Positions 1-11,850 of a stretch of 64,000 nucleotides of DNA are shown piece by piece (within the stretch, counting starts at the first letter, position 1; the number at the start of each line of letters is the position of its first letter). This DNA comes from Mobula hypostoma (Eukaryota). A program made the translations under genes and the position numbers. The stretch covers positions 105,030,001 through 105,094,000 of the forward strand of contig NC_086107.1 in the NCBI RefSeq assembly GCF_963921235.1, in the 5' to 3' direction. The notes below the pieces were generated by a model that worked only from the letters and a program-made list of their open reading frames with translations, made no database searches and was not told where the DNA came from.

Positions 1-392
1 GAGCTCTGTCCACAACTCTCTGCAGTTCCCTGTGGTCACGTGCAGAGCCATTGCGACACCAAACCATAATGCATCCCGACAGGATGCTTTCTATGCTGCA
101 TTGATTTTAAAAAAAGTGGTAAGAGTTGACAGGAACAGGGTGAATTTCTTCAGCTTCCTGAGGAAGGTGGGATTTCTCGGCCAAAAGTTTGCCGTCCTGA
201 CACCATGTCATAAAATTCTCCATCACCTTCCCCTACTCTGACTCATCACTATTTGGGCATTACGGTGGTATCATCTGCAGACTTGTAGATGGAAGTCAGA
301 GCAGAATGTGGCCGCACAGTCGTGAGCGTCTAGGGAGCAGAGTTGGGGGCTGGGGACGCAGCCTTGTGGAGCACCAGTGCTTAGAATTGTCT
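1..392 (-). mobile_element. Degenerate Rex1/L2-like LINE RT fragment
   Basis: Minus strand reads TGAPQGCVPSP.L..L..HDC, as in the other Rex1-like copies in the window. Confidence 0.7.
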
Positions 393-501
393 GAATACTG
401 ACTGGGCAGAAATGATTTCTCACAAAGCTTTTAAAACCCTGGGTGTAAGGGTGGTGTCAGATAATCGTTCTGTATTGAACAGGGCATTGATAGATCTACA
501 G

Positions 502-581
502 CAGGAGGTCCCAATCTTTCTTCTGCCATGGACGAATTCCATTAAGCAAGGGACCCATGGACTCCAGGTTGGAAACCCCTG
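502..581. mobile_element. hAT (Charlie/MER5-like) MITE
   Basis: Imperfect TIRs CAGGAGGTCCCAA...TTGGAAACCCCTG; 8-bp TSD atctacag/gtctacaa resembling the NTCTAGAN target. Confidence 0.7.
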
Positions 582-1137
582 GTCTACAAAAGTCATGCTG
601 GGGTGTCAGATCGAATAAGAAGGCTCTTTTCCAATTACTAGTTCACATCGGGCTCACATTTGCAATGTGGGATTCAATAATTACACTGGAATTAGAGATC
701 GCTGCCATCGACCTCTGGTGCCAGAAGCAGCTCAGCGCAATCAATGGGGACTGTCCGTACTTCTCACTGTCAACATAATCAGAGATCCCTCCCACCCTGG
801 GGCACTCTCTCTTCCCTTCTCCCTCTGCACAGACAATATAAAAGCCTGATAGCCCATGGTTCCAGGCTCAAAGGCGGCTTCTATCCCGCTGTTGTAAGAC
901 TACTGAATGGAGCTCTGGTACAGTAAGATGGACTCGTGACCTCAGAATCTACCTTATCATGAGCTTGTGCCTTACTGCCTGTCAGCACTGCACTCTCTGT
1001 GTGACTGTCGCTCTGCTCTCTGCATTGTTGTTGTTTTCCCCTTGTACTGATGTGATGAAATTATCTCCCTGGATGGTATACAATACACTGTACCTCAGAA
1101 TATATGTGACAATAATAAGCCAATTACCTATTAAGGT

Positions 1138-1344
1138 TGCAAACACGAGGAATTCTGCAGATGCTGGAAATTCAAGCAACACACATCAAAGCTGCTGGTG
1201 AACACAGCAGGCCAGGCAGCATCTCTAGGAAGAGGTACAGTCGATGTTTCGGGCTGACTTTGGGTCTCAGCCCGAAACGTCGACTGTACCTTTTCCTAGA
1301 GATGCTGCCTGGCCTGCTGCGTTCACCAGCAACTTTGATGTGTG
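1138..1344. mobile_element. Penelope-derived palindromic insertion (inverted terminal fragments)
   Basis: Arms of about 90 bp in inverted orientation around ~1260; 14-bp TSD ttacctattaaggt at 1124-1137 and 1345-1358. Confidence 0.8.
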
Positions 1345-1375
1345 TTACCTATTAAGGTCACTGGGGCCACTGTAG

Positions 1376-1555
1376 GTGGCACTGCGGTGCAGCAGGTAGT
1401 ACTGCTGCCTTACAGCGCTGGTGACCCAGTCTTGACCTTGGCCTCTGGTGCTGTCTGCGTGGAGCTTGCACGTTCTCCCCGTGACCACGCGGGTGCTTCA
1501 CTTTCCATCCGTATCCAAAGATGAATGAGCAGGTTGGTAGGTTAAACCTGCTTAC
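1376..1555 (+). mobile_element. HE1/V-SINE-type element (further decayed copies near 8620-8790, 17900-18200, 25420-25630, 26795-26950, 32530-32760, 34170-34390, 58800-58925)
   Basis: tRNA-like head followed by the ggagcttgcacgttctccccgtg core typical of V-SINEs. Confidence 0.7.
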
Positions 1556-1557
1556 TC

Positions 1558-1965
1558 ACTTACTACCCGTTATGGCGCTGATGGGCAGCGATGAAGTTTC
1601 CTCCAGCTCTGGCGGTGTTCATCGTCTCAGGAGCTTTCTCTTGGCTTTCACTACTGTCGGTCATGAAAATCCCGGGTGGAGACTCAGGAATACTGTCACA
1701 CTCAGATGTAGGAGGATTCTTCATTGCTGTTTCCGTAACAGTTTTGTTTGACCAGTCAGGGTTGTTAGCCCTGAGCTGAACCCCCAAACCTGGAGGACCG
1801 GGGACCACTCTCAGTCTGGCCTCTACCCTTTGACCCGTTTGGCATGAATGACCCTACCAAAAGCCAAAGCACAAAGCCCCGACTCCAGCCAACATCGCTT
1901 TCCGGGTCACTGAAGCAGGCAAGCCTCCAAATCCCAACGACAAGTTTGTGGTCCTCTTGGCAAGG
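1558..1965 (-). mobile_element. Short non-autonomous RTE-derived element (second copy 57455-57855)
   Basis: The two copies align end to end; one end resembles the 3' end of the RTE fragment near 19815-19860. Confidence 0.6.
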
Positions 1966-2691
1966 TACGTTAAACAGTCCCTGTAAATTGCTCTTTGTTC
2001 AGCTGGTGATAGAAAGGAGCGCAGGGGGTGGGTAGCTAATGGGAGATGTTCACGGGAAATAAGAGACACGGAGAAATAAAAGACAACGAAGCTCAAACCC
2101 CGGGGCTGAATCGGATGTCTGGAAGTCGAGGCCCGATGGCCAGGGCACTGCATCTGCGAGCCGGCTGGGGGAGTTGAAAGCTCAGTGTCTGTGAGTCTGA
2201 GTCTGATTCCACTGGAGGCTGGAGGACTGCGGAGGGAGGAACAGAGGCTGATTCATTGTTGTTCAGCTGAAAATGGTGTACCTGCTATGTCAGTGCCGAA
2301 CAATGCGATGAGACTTGTGGGCTGCCCCCCGGTGTAACCTTTGGTAGTGTTGGTTCGTAATGCAAATGATGCGTTCCATTGTATGTTTCAATGTAAATGG
2401 ATCTGATTCTGATGTGGGAGGACAACATCGACTCAGTGGGCCAAACGGCCTCCTTCAAGGTTGTGAGCGGGCATGAGTTTTCAGCTGTCTCAGGTCCTTA
2501 GTTCTGGAAATTCCCTTCAATCCTCTCCCTTACTTTAGGAATTCTCCTTAAAAAAATGTCTTCGACCAGGCTTCTATATGTGCATACAGCTGAATGACAA
2601 TAAACTGATACTTTCTGACCTCTCCCCGCAGTCTCCATCTGCACAACATCCTGGGGATGTGCTGCTGTGCTTAAGAAGTGAGATGATTCCA

Positions 2692-3337
2692 AGCTGGCCT
2701 TCATAACAAAGGGAATTGAGTATAAGAGCAAAGAGGTCCTTCTGCAGCTGTACAGGGCCCTGGTGAGACCACACCTGGAGTACTGTGTGGTGTGCAGTTT
2801 TGATCTCCAAATTTGGGGAAGGACATTCTTGCTATCGAGAGAGTGCAGCGTAGGTTCACAAGGTTAATTCCCGGGATGGCGGGACTGTCATATGTCGAAA
2901 GATTGGAGCGACTGGGCTTGTATACTCTGGAATTTAGAAGGCTGAGAGGGGATCTTATTGAAACATATAAGATTATTAAGGGATTGGACACGCTGGAGGC
3001 AGGAAGCATGTTCCCGCTGATGGGTGAGTCCAGAACCAGAGGCCACAGTTTAAGAATTAGGGGTAGGCCATTTAGAACGGAGTTGAGGAAAAACTTTTTC
3101 ACCCAGAGAGTGGTGGATATATGGAATGCTCTGCCCCAGAAGGCCGTGGAGGCCAAGTCTCTGGATGCATTCAAAAAAGAGATGGATAGAGCTCTTAAAG
3201 ATAGCGGAATCAAAGGTTATGGGGATAAGGCAGGAAAAGGGTACTGATTGTGGATGATCAGCCATGATCACAGTGAATGGCGGTGCTGGCTCAAAGGGCC
3301 GAATGGCCTACTCCTGCACCTATTGTCTATTGTCTAC
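2692..3337 (+). mobile_element. CR1 LINE 3' fragment
   Basis: ORF2 C-terminus (ERVQRRFTRLIPG...RRLRGDLIETYKI...FFTQRVV) and (ctattgt)n tail. Confidence 0.93.
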
Positions 3338-3794
3338 TGATGTTGTAGGTGCATCACTGCCCTGGGTCAAGTTAATCCAAAGGGGCTCCTTCTACTGTCC
3401 AGGATCCAGGAGATGATGGGTGGGACCAGGCGGTAGCCTCTTCCCAAACTCACCACACTCACTGATGAAACACCCATCACCAAGAACACTCACCATCCCA
3501 GCCGAGTTCTCTTTCTTACTACTACCAACTGGCAGGAGGTACAGGAGCCTGCGGTCCCACACCAGCAGGTTCACGTACAGTTAACCATCAGGCTCCTGAA
3601 CCAGCGTGGGTAACTTCACTCACCCCAACTCTGAGCTGATTCCACAACCTGTGGACTCACTTTCAAGGACTCTACAACTCATGTTCGGTATTATTTATTT
3701 ATTTATTTGCACAATTTGTCTTTTTTTTTTCACATTAGTTGTTTATCAGTCTTTGTTTATGTGAAGGCTTTCATAAATTCTATTGTATCATTTT

Positions 3795-4423
3795 CCGGGA
3801 GGAAAAGATGGCCAGTACGACACAGCGTGCACAGCTCTCCGGTGAAATGATATCGTTTCTGTTAAATAGGGGCCGTGGACAATTCTGATTTGATGAAGAC
3901 AGATGTGAGAAGCAGAGGAACATCTGGAGAAATTTCTGAAATGCCTGGTTTTGCTGCCGTTGTTACTGGGCGATCGAGAATCTCCAGAGGGAAGGCCCCC
4001 AGATCCCTGGCTTTGCCTGCTGCTGGTGACCAAGGCTGGGGTCGAAGCGTTCAGATAGAGATGGTGCTCGGTACTCGGTGTCGGAGGGCTGATCAGAGCT
4101 CGAAGTTTTCGGACGACTCAGAGTCAGACTGTGGTCGGGCATGGCAGGGAGAGTTTTCTTCCTTCTCCCGTCTGCGTGAGATGTGGGACTTTCAGGAGAC
4201 TTTGAACTTTTTTACTGTGCCATGGCCTGTTCTTCATCAAGTTATGGTATTGTTGCACTGTTGTAACTATATGTTATAATTATGTGGTTTTGTCAGTTTT
4301 TCAGTCTTGGTCTGTCCTGTGTTTTTGTGATATCGCACCGGAGGAACATTGTATCATTTCTTAATGCATGCGTTACTAAATGACAATAAAAGAGGACTGC
4401 GTGTCCTCATAATCTAATCTAAT
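3795..4423 (+). mobile_element. Non-coding ~630-bp retroposon with 5' AAGATGGC and (CTAAT)n tail (related copy ~11046-11732, minus)
   Basis: Two copies align end to end; AATAAA followed by a simple-repeat tail; both interrupt older LINE fragments. Confidence 0.7.
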
Positions 4424-5214
4424 CCTGTGAATGCCCACAAGAAAATTAATCTCGGGGTAGCATTTGGCGACATACTTCGGAAAAAAAAAAATTGACTTTG
4501 TCTTTGGGTTATGAGTGTCTGACGTGACGATACCCTGTATGTACGAACGAGTGTTTGGGAGACCAATGGAGTGGATGCAGACATGTCCACGTGCCTTCTC
4601 TCCTCACCTTCTTCCCTTCCAAGCCACAACAGCCGGGGGCTGTGTGAAGCCCAGCAGAGCCGGGTGTGCTGAGCGGGCTCTCCCGCTCTCTCCCGGAGTC
4701 AGTGAGGCTGGCTGGCAACAGCGCTACCCACACCTGCTCGACACTGTCTCGGTGACCCTCTCCCACACCCTGGTTTCGTTCGTGTCCCCATTCACAAATC
4801 GTGCAAAGACATAAAAATGACCATAAATTACAAAAGAGAAAAATAGACTCCAAAACCATAAAATAGAACCAAAATACAGGAATAATGAGGTGGTACTGTA
4901 CTAATCAGAAATCTGAAAGACGGAAAGAAGCTGCTCTTAAAACATTGAGTGTGGGTCTTGGACCTCCTCCCTGATGTACAGTAGTAACGAGAAGAGGGTG
5001 GTGGAGGTCCTTCATGATGAATGTCGCCTTCCTGAGGCACCGTCTTCTGAAGATGTCCTCGAATGATGGGGAGGGTGTTCCCATGATGGAGACGGCTGAG
5101 TCTCCAATCCTCTGCAGCCTCTTGTGATCCCTGCGCATTAGATTCTTCATACAAAGATGGCTTGGCACCAGTCAGAATGCTCTCCAGCTTACATCTGTAT
5201 AGAGCACTTCAAGT

Positions 5215-6490
5215 TCTAAAGGGTTCTGTAGCGCTGACCACCTTCACCCTGTCCACCACACGAGGCAGGATCTCCAGGTGGCCACCCTTTCCCATAGCTG
5301 TCTGTCTATGGCCTCCTCTACTGCCGATGATGAGTTCAAAGTCAGGTTGAAGCAACAACACCTTTACTTTACTCTTTACTTTACTTTATACTTTATTGTC
5401 GCCAAACAATTGGTACTAGAACGTACAATCATCACAGCGATATTTGATTCTGTGCTTCTCACTCCCTGGATTACAAATATTAAATATTAAAAATAGTTAA
5501 AATTAGTAAATATTAAAAATTTAAATTATAAATCATAAATAGAAAATGGAAAAATGGAAAGTAAGGTAGTGCAAAAAAAACTGAGAGGCAGGTCCGGATA
5601 TTTGGAGGGTACGGCCCAGATCCGGGTCAGGATCTGTTCAGCAGTCTTACCACAGTTGGAAAGAAGCTGTTCCTAAATCTGGCCGTATGAGTCTTCAAGC
5701 TCCTGAGCCTTCTCCCGGAGGGAAGAGGGATGAAAAGTGTGTTGGCTGGGTGGGTCGTGTCCTTGATTATCCTGGCAGCACTGCTCCGACAGCGTGCGGT
5801 GTAAAGTGAGTCCAAGGATGGAAGATTGGTTTGTGTGATGTGCTGCGCCATGTTCACGATCTTCTGCAGCTTCTTTCTGTCTTGGACAGAACAACTTCCA
5901 TACCAGGTTGTGATGCACCCTAGTGGAATGCTTTCTACGGTGCATCTATAAAAATTAGTGAGGGTTTTAGGGGACAGGCCAAATTTCTTTAGTTTTCTCA
6001 GGAAGTAAAGGCGCTGGTGGGCCTTCTTGGCAGTGAAGAAGTATTCCATCTAGTAATCCATCTGGGGTAGCCTCCAACCTGATGACATAAACATTGATTT
6101 TGCTAACTTCTGAACTTACCCCACTCCCCCCTTTTTCTTTTCCATTCCCCATTCTGGTTACCCTCTCTTCTCTTCTCATCACCTCTCTCTGGCTGTCCTC
6201 CTTCCCTTTCTCCCACAGTCCGCTGTACTGTCCTATCAGATTCCTCCTTCCTCGGCCCTTCACCGCTTCCACCTATCACCTCCCAGCTTCTTACTTCATC
6301 TCCCCTCCCCCATCTTCCCACATCCCCATCACTTATCACTTGCCAGCTTGTGCTCCTTCCCTTCCCCTGGTCTCTCTCCCCCTTCTGTTCCAGTCCCGGT
6401 GATGGATCTGCACTGGAATCGTCGACTCTTTATTCATTTCCATAGCTGCTGCCTGACTTGCTGAGTTCCTCTGGCATTTTGTGTGTGTCG
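5215..6490 (+). mobile_element. Penelope-like element 3' relic, split by a Rex1-like LINE
   Basis: Decayed C-terminus (..GLLYC.DE..VRL.QQHL | ..LGSLQPDDINIDF), then a pyrimidine-rich UTR and the terminal repeat with a decayed hammerhead motif near 6390-6430. Confidence 0.7.
5362..6040 (-). mobile_element. Rex1/Babar-like LINE 3' fragment
   Basis: AHQRLYFLRKLKKF...FYRCTVES...LPSGRR...RFRNSFFP; (TTTAC)n tail at 5362-5395. Confidence 0.88.
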
Positions 6491-7483
6491 TTCAGGAAGG
6501 GGACCCCGGTGCCACTGGGACCGGGAGGCTGTCTGTAACCAGTCGTGACGTCACAGCGACCACGTGGAGTAGAAGCATTGACATTTGTTTATTGTGGGGT
6601 AGGCATACATACCCGGGGTAATGCAAAGAAAATTGAGTTTTATTTAACAGCAGCAACTCAGTACATCCCAAAATGAGGATAAACATATGCCAACAAAAAT
6701 GTAAATACATTAATATTAATTAACATGCACAAGGAAAGAGAACTCCAAAAGAAAGGGGATTTAGTACTTAAGTTGTCCCCCTGAGTCTGGAAACTCTAAT
6801 GAGGAGCTTTGTCAGTGTAAAAAGTAACTGCACTGTGAGAACATGCAGGAACAAGACCTCGTTTTTAGAGAGCACGAGAGGCCCGTCCACACAAAGAATT
6901 CCTCTATCTTTGGAGCGGAATAACTAGCTGACGCTTCGGGTCCAGACCCTTCAACTTTCTGGATACATATGTCAGGACTCAACGCTGTCTTGATGAAGGG
7001 TCTCGACCCGGAACTTCGACTTCTTATTCTCCTCCATAGATGCTGCCCGACCTGCTGAGTTCCTCTGCATTCGCGTGTGTTGCTCTGGATTTCCAGCATC
7101 TACAGAGTCTCTTGTGTTTCGGCGTTTCTCCAGATTTTTTCTCTTTCTTTCTTCCTCTCTGTCTCCCCGCTCCCTCTCTCACACACTCGCGGATTTTCAG
7201 ATACGATGCAATTAAGCAATATCCAGCAGAGGGGCTTTCCACAGCGATTTTTTTCCCCTGTGTCTTGTGACATGCTTTGTTTTTTGCAAAATATTTACTT
7301 TCTTCATAGTGGTCGTTAAGGCCTCTCTCTATAATGTATTAACAATATTGTCTGCTGTTTTGGGAAATGTGCCACGTGGCTCTCTGCGCCGCAGCTCTGG
7401 TTTTAGCCAGGAATTAGTGGGGAATGTCAGAGGAATTGAGACCTGGAAAGGGACGACCCGGGGCTTGCAGCCTGCGCTGCTCT

Positions 7484-7503
7484 CGCCTGCCATCTAGTGC
7501 TCA
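7484..7503 (-). promoter_or_regulatory. Candidate CTCF site
   Basis: Minus strand GCACTAGATGGCAG, one mismatch from the core CCASYAGRKGGCRS, in non-repeat sequence. Confidence 0.55.
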
Positions 7504-8792
7504 CACGTAGAAAAGTTTCTAAACCGTCGACCTTGCTTCAAATCGACCAGAACTTGATTCTCTGCAAAGTTCAGTTGGCCGAGGTCAATTTTCCCTGGAA
7601 AGACACTCGGTGAAATTATCATCGCCTGCTATAAGTTTTCTTTTAATGGTTACTTTGCAGAGAATCCTCATCTTCTTGAAATGAACAAAATCCTCTATAA
7701 ATCCCCCGGCCCCAACATTTACTTGAATAATCATTTTCCTCGGAGCATCTCGTTTCACCTCAGCAGTAGTCAATCAATGCCGGGTGTATGTGTGGGGGGG
7801 GGGCGCTGCTGGACAATTGCCCACCAGAGAATAATAAATCAAGGGGATAAATGGACTGCCCGATCAGAGCCTCGGTTCCTTTGACGTGTCACTTCCTCTC
7901 ACCCTCTGCGACTGTCTGCCTGCTCGCAACTGTATTGCAGTCGGCGTCTGGTTCCTTTTCCTGCCGCGCTGTCAAGTGTCTGTCTGTGCGTTTCTCCTTT
8001 ACCCCCGCGAAACAAGTCACGGGATTTAAAAATAACAAGTGTGCTTTAATTTTTAAAGAAGTGCAAAGGAATATTTATTACAGTAACACACATAAAAGTT
8101 GCTGGTGAACGCAGCAGAACACACATAAAAGTTTATTACAGTGACTGATCGCCCCTGAAACACTGTAGTAATATGAAAAAACAACAGCTGGGTTTTCGCC
8201 ATATACTTAAAGTTAGGCAAGCCAACCAATATTTATGTTCGCATTTCGAGTCCGTCTGTCTCTTTGGTACCAGACAGTCTCTCTAACGCTTTGATTTATT
8301 CCGTGTCTCCTCCCAGCGCGGTTTTTTTTGGGTGTGTTAACAGCTCTGATTTTGAAGTGGTAATAATAATTAGATCTTGCTATTTTGCTCACCCCGCAGA
8401 CTCGCTCTGCAGCTTGGCGCCAGATGTGCTGCCAGCGATCAGAATCCGAGTCAGGTTCATTGTCCCTAGCGTGTGTCGTGTAATGCGTTGTTCTACGGCA
8501 ACAGTACGGTGCACCAACTGCTATGCCACTCAGTACTGCCCCTTCAATGGGATAGCATGAACATGTTGGGCTGAAGGGTCTGCTTCTGCGCTGTACGGCT
8601 CTATGATTGTTCAGTGACATGGGTTCCCAGTTGGCGGGTTAATTGGTCATTGTAAATCGTCCCGTGGTCCGGCTAGGGTTAAGTCGGGGATTGCTGGGCA
8701 GCGCGGATCGAAGGGCCAGGAAAACGCCGATATCTCATGAAACGCTCTCTGGCACGGTAGCATAGTGGTTAGCAGAACGATTTACAGTACCT

Positions 8793-9182
8793 TAAACACA
8801 AAATACTCTGCAGATGCTGGGGTCAAAGCAACACTCACAACACGCTGGAGGAACTCAGCAGGACGGGCAGCATCCGTGGAAACGATCAGTCGACGTTTCG
8901 GGCCGGAACCCTTCGTCAGGACTTAGTCTGGTGGTGAGAGCCCGAATGCTTCGGTGCCTTTTTCCAGATGGCAGGAGGGAGAAGAGTTTATAAGAGAAGT
9001 GCGTGGGGTCCTTCATAATGCTGTTTGCTTTGCGGATGCAGCGTCTGGTGTAAATGTCCGTGATGGCGGGAAGAGAGACCCCGATGATCTTCTCAGCGAA
9101 GGGTTCCGGCCCGAAACGTCGATTAATCGTTTCCACGGATTCTGCCCGACCTGCTGAGTTCCTCCAGCGTGTTGTGAGTGCT
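8793..9182. mobile_element. Penelope-derived palindromic insertion enclosing a LINE fragment
   Basis: Inverted arms ~8830-8923 and ~9098-9180; central ~8924-9097 matches the Rex1-like family; 14-bp TSD gatttacagtacct at 8779-8792 and 9183-9196. Confidence 0.8.
8888..8923 (-). ncRNA. Minimal type-I hammerhead ribozyme motif (Penelope-associated)
   Basis: AGTC-CTGACGA-A-GGG-ttccgg-CCC-GAAA-CGTC-GACT: complete core, 4-bp helix I, 3-bp helix II, vestigial helix III. Confidence 0.65.
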
Positions 9183-10504
9183 GATTTACAGTACCTGTGC
9201 GGATCGAAAGGCCAGAAAATCTCAATAAATAAATATATCTATATATCTATATATATATATAAAAAAACAAATAACCTCATATAGCCTAAATTTTGATATC
9301 TTAATGCTCTTAATTCAAATGCATCCCAAGCGAGACTTCAGGAAAAGTTACAGAGAAGCAACAGTGCAGAAGGGAAAGGAGGAGGTGGGAGTCTCTCTGT
9401 GTGGAGACTGACAATCCACACAGCTTCTTCAAAAGAGCGCATTACAGTAGAAGCATAATTCCTACAATCAGCAACTTTGGAAGAAAGCAAAATATTTCCT
9501 CATCCATCTCTTTGCATTCCATCAAAAAACTAATTTCAAGGTTTTTACTTGGAGCCCTCTCCACGACACTGGAACACTCTTACATGGCAAGAATTCAGAG
9601 GTATATGGGGTTTGCACAGCGATGGTCCTGTTGCAGGTCGATGGGAGTAGGCAGTTTAAATGGTTTTGGCACGGACTAGATGGGCCAAAGGGCCTGTTTC
9701 TGTGCTGACCTAAATCAACTCAAACAGTTTGAGTAACTGTTCCAAAGAGTATTAAACCACACCAGACATACTAATATCATTTGCTGAAACAAAAAGTAAT
9801 TACTAACTGCAACCAGATCAAGTTAAGAAACTTCTGGAGACAGAACCTTGGCCTCATTTTCAAGGCTGAAAGTTTGGAAAGCAACTTTGAATTCTTTTCA
9901 CACTTGTCATTCTAAAACTTATGTCAACAGTTTTGCTCGCTCTTCCTCAGGTTATGTGAGGACACCTGAATTGAGAGATGAACCAAACATTATTTGTCTG
10001 AAATGGAAGACAATTTGTGGGGAGATGTCACTAAAAAGCATCAGGGAAATATCTGAGCCTGACGTAAGGATTAGGAGCAGGAATGTGGCTTTGATATTCA
10101 TGAAGATGTGGCTGAACATGCCCCACCATTGAGGAATTCTTCATGAGGTGGTTCCTCAAGAAGGCATCATCTATCATTGAGGACCTTCACCACCCGACAC
10201 ATGCCCTCTCCTCTTTGCTACCATCAGGGAGGAGGTACAGGAGCCTGAAGACCCACACTCAATGTTTTAGGAACAGATTCTTCCTGTCTGGCTCAGCCAT
10301 AATATTTTTGAACGGTCCATGAACCCATGAACATCATCCCATTAGTAGTCTTTGTTGATCTGCCTCTCTACCAGAGGACTTTAGGCTCAGACCAAGGGAA
10401 TAATTGTCAACTACAGTTTACTTAAGATTACATACTGTTTATTAGCAAGCTTGCATCACTCAGTTGATCTGCAGAGTCCCGCTCATAGAGCCTGGATATC
10501 TATA

Positions 10505-11850
10505 AGTCAAGTCCAGTCAAGTCACTTTTTATTGTCATTTCAACCATAACTGCTGGTACAGAACATAGTAAAAATGAGACAACGTTTTTCAGGACCATGG
10601 TGCTACATGAAACAGTACAAAAACTACACTGAACTACATAAAAAAAACACAAAAACTACACTAGACTACAGACCTATCCAGGACTGTATAAAGTGCACAA
10701 AACAGTGCAGGCATTACAATAAATAATAAACAAGACAATAGGCACAGTAGAGGGCAGTAGATTGGTGTCAAGCCAGGCTCTGGGTATTGAGGAGTCTGAT
10801 GGCTTGGGGGAAGAAACTGTTACATAGTCTGGTCGTGAGAGCCCGAGTGCTTTGGTGCCTTTTTCCAGATGGCAGGAGGGAGAAGAGTTTATATGAGGGG
10901 TGTGTGGGGTCCTTCATAATGCTTTTTGCTTTGCGGATGCAGCGTGTGGTGTAAATGTCGTGATGACGAAAGAGAGACCCCAGTGATCTTCTCAGCTGAC
11001 CTCACTATCCGCTGCAGGGTCTTGCGATCCGAAATGGTGCAATTTAGGTTAAGATTTAGATTATGAGAACACTCAGTTCTCTTTTATTGTCATTTAGAAA
11101 TGCATACATGCATTAAGAAATGATGCAATGTTTCTCCGGAGTGATATCACAGAAAACAAGACTGACCAAAGACTAACACTGACTGAACCACATAAATATA
11201 ACATATAGTTACAGCAGTGCAAAGCAATACCATAATTTGATAAAGAACAGACCAAAGGCACAGTAAAAAAAAGTCTCAAAGTCCCAAGTCGATCGACTCC
11301 TGAGTCCCCGATAGCAGTGGCAAAAGGGAGAAACTCCCTGCCATAAACCTCCAGGCACCGTCAACTTGCTGATACCTTGGAAGCAGCCAACACTGAGTCC
11401 GTCCATCCGAAAACTTCGAGCTTCCGAGCAGCCTCTCCGATACAGCCTCCTGAGTGCCATCCTCTGCCGAGTGCCTTCGACCTCTCCCCGGCCGCTGAAA
11501 CACACAAAGCCAAGGATTTCGGGGACTTTAGCTCCGGAGATTCCGGTTACCACACAGTAGCAGTTGTAGCAAAGTAGGCATTTCAGAAGTTTTCCAGATG
11601 TTCCGCTGTGCTCTCATGTCTGTCTCCATCAAATCAGGATTGTGCACGGTCCCCTACTTGACAGATAACAGATATTCATCACTGAAGTGGCTGCGTGCAC
11701 TGTCGTCATGCTGCCATCTTCTCACCCCTCCCGAACCAGGCCATGATGCAGCTGCTCAGGATGCTCTCAATACAACCTCTGTAGAGGGACCAGGTGAGAT
11801 TCTCTGCCAGGTGAACACCAAGAAATTTGGTGCTCTTAATGATCTCTATA
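10505..11850 (-). mobile_element. Rex1-like LINE 3' fragment with nested insertion (sister copy 42783-43545)
   Basis: (TCAAG)n tail; close match to 42783-43545; interrupted at ~11046-11732. Confidence 0.85.

Noticed and set aside
6390..7022. Further hammerhead motifs (also near 16330, 23990, 25140, 42040, 51730)
   Set aside because: Core nucleotides (CUGANGA or GAAA) are mutated or one half is missing.
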